A stretch of DNA of 64,000 nucleotides from Azolla caroliniana (Eukaryota; Plantae; Polypodiophyta): the NCBI GenBank assembly GCA_043228905.1, contig JBHGNT010000017.1:10664001-10728000 (forward strand). The letters run 5' to 3'. Below are positions 60,201-64,000 of the stretch, piece by piece. Each line of letters opens with the position of its first letter. Within the stretch, counting starts at the first letter, position 1. The notes beneath the pieces were generated by a model. The model was given only the letters and a program-made list of their open reading frames with translations. It was not told the DNA's origin and did no database searches. The position numbers and the translations under genes were made by a program.

Positions 60201-62876
60201 GTATGTATGGTGATACGGCTTTGGCTACGTCAATTTCGAACAGAGGTACGATCTTCGGATTATCCTGCAAGTATTGATGTACCTCTTCGTCTGCTAATCC
60301 GTCCAGCATATTGACGCATTCGGCATATAGGGGTGTCAATTCCTTCCCGGTACCCGTCCGTGGTTGTGTCGATACCCGTACTTTTGCTTTTCCCCGCCGG
60401 AAGGTGATTATATTCTTCCTTCAGTTTTGTTTAATGTGCGTCGTTTTCAACCACGACCGTCCCAACCAGAGTGGGTAAGCTCCTTGTGCCTGTAGTTGTA
60501 GCACCATTGCCGAGATGCGAAATGTGTGGCCGCCGATCGTTACTTCCAAATCTCGTATCAAGCCCGTCAGTCGCACTGAGCTTGTATCCGCCATCCGCAG
60601 CCAGAACGGGCATGGTTCCCACTCTTGGATTCCCAAGGTTTTCCACGTTCGGAGGCTAATCACATTGACGCCGGATCCTCCATCTATTACTGTTCCCCGT
60701 AACTCCTTTCCCTTCACGATGGTTGTGATTGCCGGACAGTTTGTGTCTACTACCGCCGGTCCCTCCTCCGGATTTGAGAAGAATGTTGGAGCCAGTGGTG
60801 TTGGTCCTGCCGTCATGCCTGTCTTGATTCCTTCTGTGAATCTGGGCACTAGCTGCAGGAGCCGTCCTAATGGTAGCCTGATTTGGCATTCCTGTAATGC
60901 CTGCCATGTCGTATTTTCGGGCTGACTGCCACCGGCGAGCTCTTCGGTATTTTCCTTTTGCTGCGCAAGCTCTGCCTCTGCCATGTTTCGCGCATTCGCC
61001 TTTTTTACCCATTCCGTTGCCTGCTTGCGAATGGCCTCTTGCGCCTCCCATTCTGTCGCCATACCCTTCGATCTTGTACCTACTGCAGGTCTACGACTTC
61101 GGCGACTACCATGTTCACCGCCGGTCGTTTATCATAGCTCTTTGCCAGGCATTGATTACTATAATGTCCTTCTTGTCGGCAATAGTAGCAATATGCTTTC
61201 CGGGTAGTGCTGGATTCGGCATTGTTTCCTGTCCCCGGTGGAGGACCTGTGGTAACGGCGGGGCTTTGATCCGGTTGGCTGCTTGAGGCACCCTTCTCCA
61301 GTTCCCGTAGGTGACCCCTTTTCTTGAAATAGCGTTTCTTTTTGTTCCGATACTCTTGATAGGGCTGCTCATCATGTCTATAGTAGGCTTCCTGTCGTTG
61401 GTTGTAACCGGGGGATTGGTCCCGATTGTATCTTTCATACCGTCCATTATATTCCCGGTACCAATCATATCTATCATACCAGTCACGGTTGTCCCTCGAC
61501 CTGACATCCTGTGCCGATCGGTATCGCTCTTCTCACCTCCAACGTTCTTCTTCCTCCTCCTTGGTACTCCGTGGTTCGATTTGCCGAACTGGTGGTGCTT
61601 GGCAATTCAACAAATTGTACTCGCACTACTCCATTGTGTAGGTCCTGGAATGGCACAGTAGACATTGCGACCGCATGGTACATTCTAGTGTTGAGTGTCC
61701 GGCATTTAGGCATGTTGTGCATTGAATGGCCTGTCGAAATTGGAGATCCTCATCGGTTGGTAATGCTCGTTGGAGTGCTCCCATTGTTAGCCAAGAGCTT
61801 GTTTCCTCCATTTCTCTAACCCGATCGATGACCTGGTCGACAGTACTTGTGCGAAAGTCGATGACCATGCATACCGTCCGTAGAGGTTCCCGGAGCGCGG
61901 CTAAGAATATAGCCCGTGTTTCTTCCTCTGGAGGTGCTCGGGTAAGCTGACTGTGCATCCGTTGAACCCGGATGACAAACTGCGTAATGCTCTCCCTAGG
62001 GTACTGTCGGATGGTATAAAATAGGCACACCATTTCTCTCTAGTCCACCTCCTTCTGAAAGAAGTGCAAGAATTTAGCTTTCAGGTCCACAAAGGTGGTG
62101 ATAGTGCTGGGGTCTTGCGTCTGCCATCTGGCGGCCGGTCCTTCCAATGTCAAGCCGAATTCGGCTATCTTAGATTGTTCCTCTTCGGCTGCGATTAACC
62201 GTTGTGACACATGGTTCGCCTCCCATGTTTGTTGAAAAGCGTGAACATGAGCCTCCGTGTCCGGGTCATCCCTATACTTGGGGTACTGGAACGGCATGTC
62301 ATCGTCCGGTGTCGGTGCGCGGGCTGGCGGTGTTGGTGGTTTTTCCCGCTCTTCCGTCGGCGTCAGAGGTCTTTGTTCCTCCTCCTTCAGTGTTGCCGGC
62401 TTCTCCTCCTCGACTTCCGGTGTCGGAGGTCTTTCTTTGTCCTCTTCCGTCTCCGGAGGTTGCTCCACGTCTAGTGTCGGAGGTTCCCAGTCTAACAATT
62501 CTGGTTTCGGTGTTGGTAATGTATCCGACTCCTCGTCCTCCAGTCCTCCTGGGGTGTTGTTACTACTGCGATAGTTCGTGTGCGCGCTGTAACCCCCTTC
62601 CGAATCTGATTCCAGCGCCGAAAACGCTTCAGATTCGCCATCTCTTCCTACCAAGGACTGGAGAAGGGATTCTGCTTCCCGGAGACTGCTTGAGCTGCTT
62701 CCTTCGTCCAGGTAAGCGTTTTGTTGCAGACGGAGCGACTCTTCCGCCACTTTCCGGATCACTTTGGAAAATGATCGATCCGATCGGATTTCTTCCGCCG
62801 CTTGCTGGGAAGCCTCTCGCCATTCAGCAAGTCTTCGTGCTCTCTCCGTAACCGGGTCGTTTGTTGGCCTAGTCAT
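57240..62876 (-). pseudogene. Gypsy F gag-pol (gag with two CCHC-like knuckles, DGG protease, RT, RNase H, integrase)
   Basis: CTTCLNAGHSTLEC, VIDGGSGVN, MMFGLKTAP, FLDD, VADYLSR, WGLDFVGP, SDQG, RWTGPY. Confidence 0.93.
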
Positions 62877-64000
62877 CCATTCCCGCCGTTGTTCACTGCG
62901 ATTGTGCAGGAATCGTGGTCGCCAAAAACTGTGTTAATCCTTAGGGCTGGACAACAGCCTAACACAGGGTGTCCACTCAAGACACTTCACCAAAGGGTGT
63001 TACGGCGAGATAACTTACGACACAACGCTTAATTAGACCTTAATCGGTTATTACATCATTAACAAGCGTAAGATATACAATAAGCACAGAACGGTGAACA
63101 ATACTCAATGATAAAACAAAAGGTTTATATTACTCTCCGTTAATGACTACATTATAATCGGGCCTTTATATAGGTCACCGGTGCGAAGTAAAAAACGGTG
63201 CCAAACGGCACCTTTTCGGGATCGGTCCGGATCCGGATCGGCATACTGATTCCGGTCCATCCGTCCACATCTTCTCATATATTAATCTATATATTAAGAC
63301 TAGTAATTTCAATAGATTCCTAAATAACAATTCCCCTTTTCACACCCTGGTCTTTACTGGCCGGGTAACACCGTGTATAGTCGTTGATGAAGGAGACGAA
63401 ATATCGACTCCCACCAAGACTATCATTCTGTATCGGCCCCCATACATCGGAATGTATCAAGTCGAGCTTGTTTGGGCTCCAGTTACGCTCGTTAGGGAAA
63501 GGAAGTCAGTGTTGCTTGCCTAGCTAGCAAACTTTACAAATTCGTGCCTTCCGGCCACTAAATTTCGATTGCAGGTCTTGAAGCCGTTGATAGTTGACGT
63601 GGCCTATCCACTTGTCCCATAAGTCGATATTTGACTCGACCTTTTGTCCTTTCGCAAACATTGCAGTGCCACCGTCACTAGAGTCCAGGATAAACATCCT
63701 CCCGTCTCTGCGCCCTTGCGCAATAACTCGGCCTTCTTCCTCGATGAAGCACTCGAGATGCGTGGACCGAACCTACATCCCCTAGTCAATGATCTGTCTG
63801 ACTGACACCAGGTTCGTCATGATTGTTGGAATGTGTAACATGTTCATGAGTTTCCCTTTTTGCCCGACATGGCTCAAGGGAACTTCACCGACATTCGCGA
63901 TCGGGTGCGGAGTGTCGTCTCCGGTTGCGACTACTCCCGGTTGCATCGGTTTCTCAAGGTATGAGAACCACTCCTTGTGGCATGTCATGTGGTTTGAAGC

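Larger units (their letters stand above)
53501..63370 (-). mobile_element. Athila/Tat-like non-chromovirus Gypsy F with extra 3' ORF; 5' LTR 62932-63370, truncated 3' LTR 53501-~53901
   Basis: TGTTA...TAACA termini, Arg-type PBS TGGCGACCAC at 62915-62924, degenerate 5-bp TSD TCGCG / CCGTG. Confidence 0.92.
49985..64000 (-). mobile_element. Ty1/Copia element E (5' end outside window), inserted in the G3 5' LTR and split by Gypsy F; 3' LTR 49985-50396
   Basis: PPT GAGGGGGTG, RNase H (AWSSKNQ, STEAEY), RT (YVDDL), integrase at 52900-53500 and 63371-63650, protease region to 64000. Confidence 0.92.

Noticed and set aside
1-64000. Bias toward insertion antisense to the host element
   Set aside because: About six antisense versus four sense nested insertions; not distinguishable from chance

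Overview
Plant nuclear heterochromatin made almost entirely of nested LTR retrotransposons. The element types suggest a non-seed land plant (bryophyte, lycophyte or fern); this is inference. Left to right: Copia A (+, 1-12754) is split by a tRNA-Trp-primed Gypsy G1 (-, 3025-11437). Fragments of a second Copia-A-family copy (-) lie at 12755-13093 and 24999-26113. A decayed Tcn1-like chromovirus T2 (-) is split by a young chromovirus T1 (+, 14251-~19530) with intact gag and pol ORFs. Copia B (+, 20054-24998) has complementary half-LTRs. A 5-exon spliced gene relic (-) lies at 26114-27418. Copia C (+) is split by Gypsy G2 (-, 29848-41683), which carries a non-coding LTR element N, an inversion and a telomere-repeat junction. 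Gypsy G3 (-, 42190-49984) holds two solo LTRs. Copia E (-, 49985 to the end) is split by an Athila/Tat-like Gypsy F (-, 53501-63370) with a long extra ORF. Most notable observations: (1) element N has a tRNA primer site on both sides of its LTR and no polypurine tract; (2) the U3 of four different Gypsy LTR families carries an antisense tRNA-like A-box/B-box module; (3) a conserved -1 frameshift pseudoknot lies after the protease; (4) target duplications of 4 bp are centred on CpG; (5) the chromovirus LTRs have heat-shock element arrays and a self-priming signature. Everything was read by eye, with no database searches; boundaries marked ~ are approximate.
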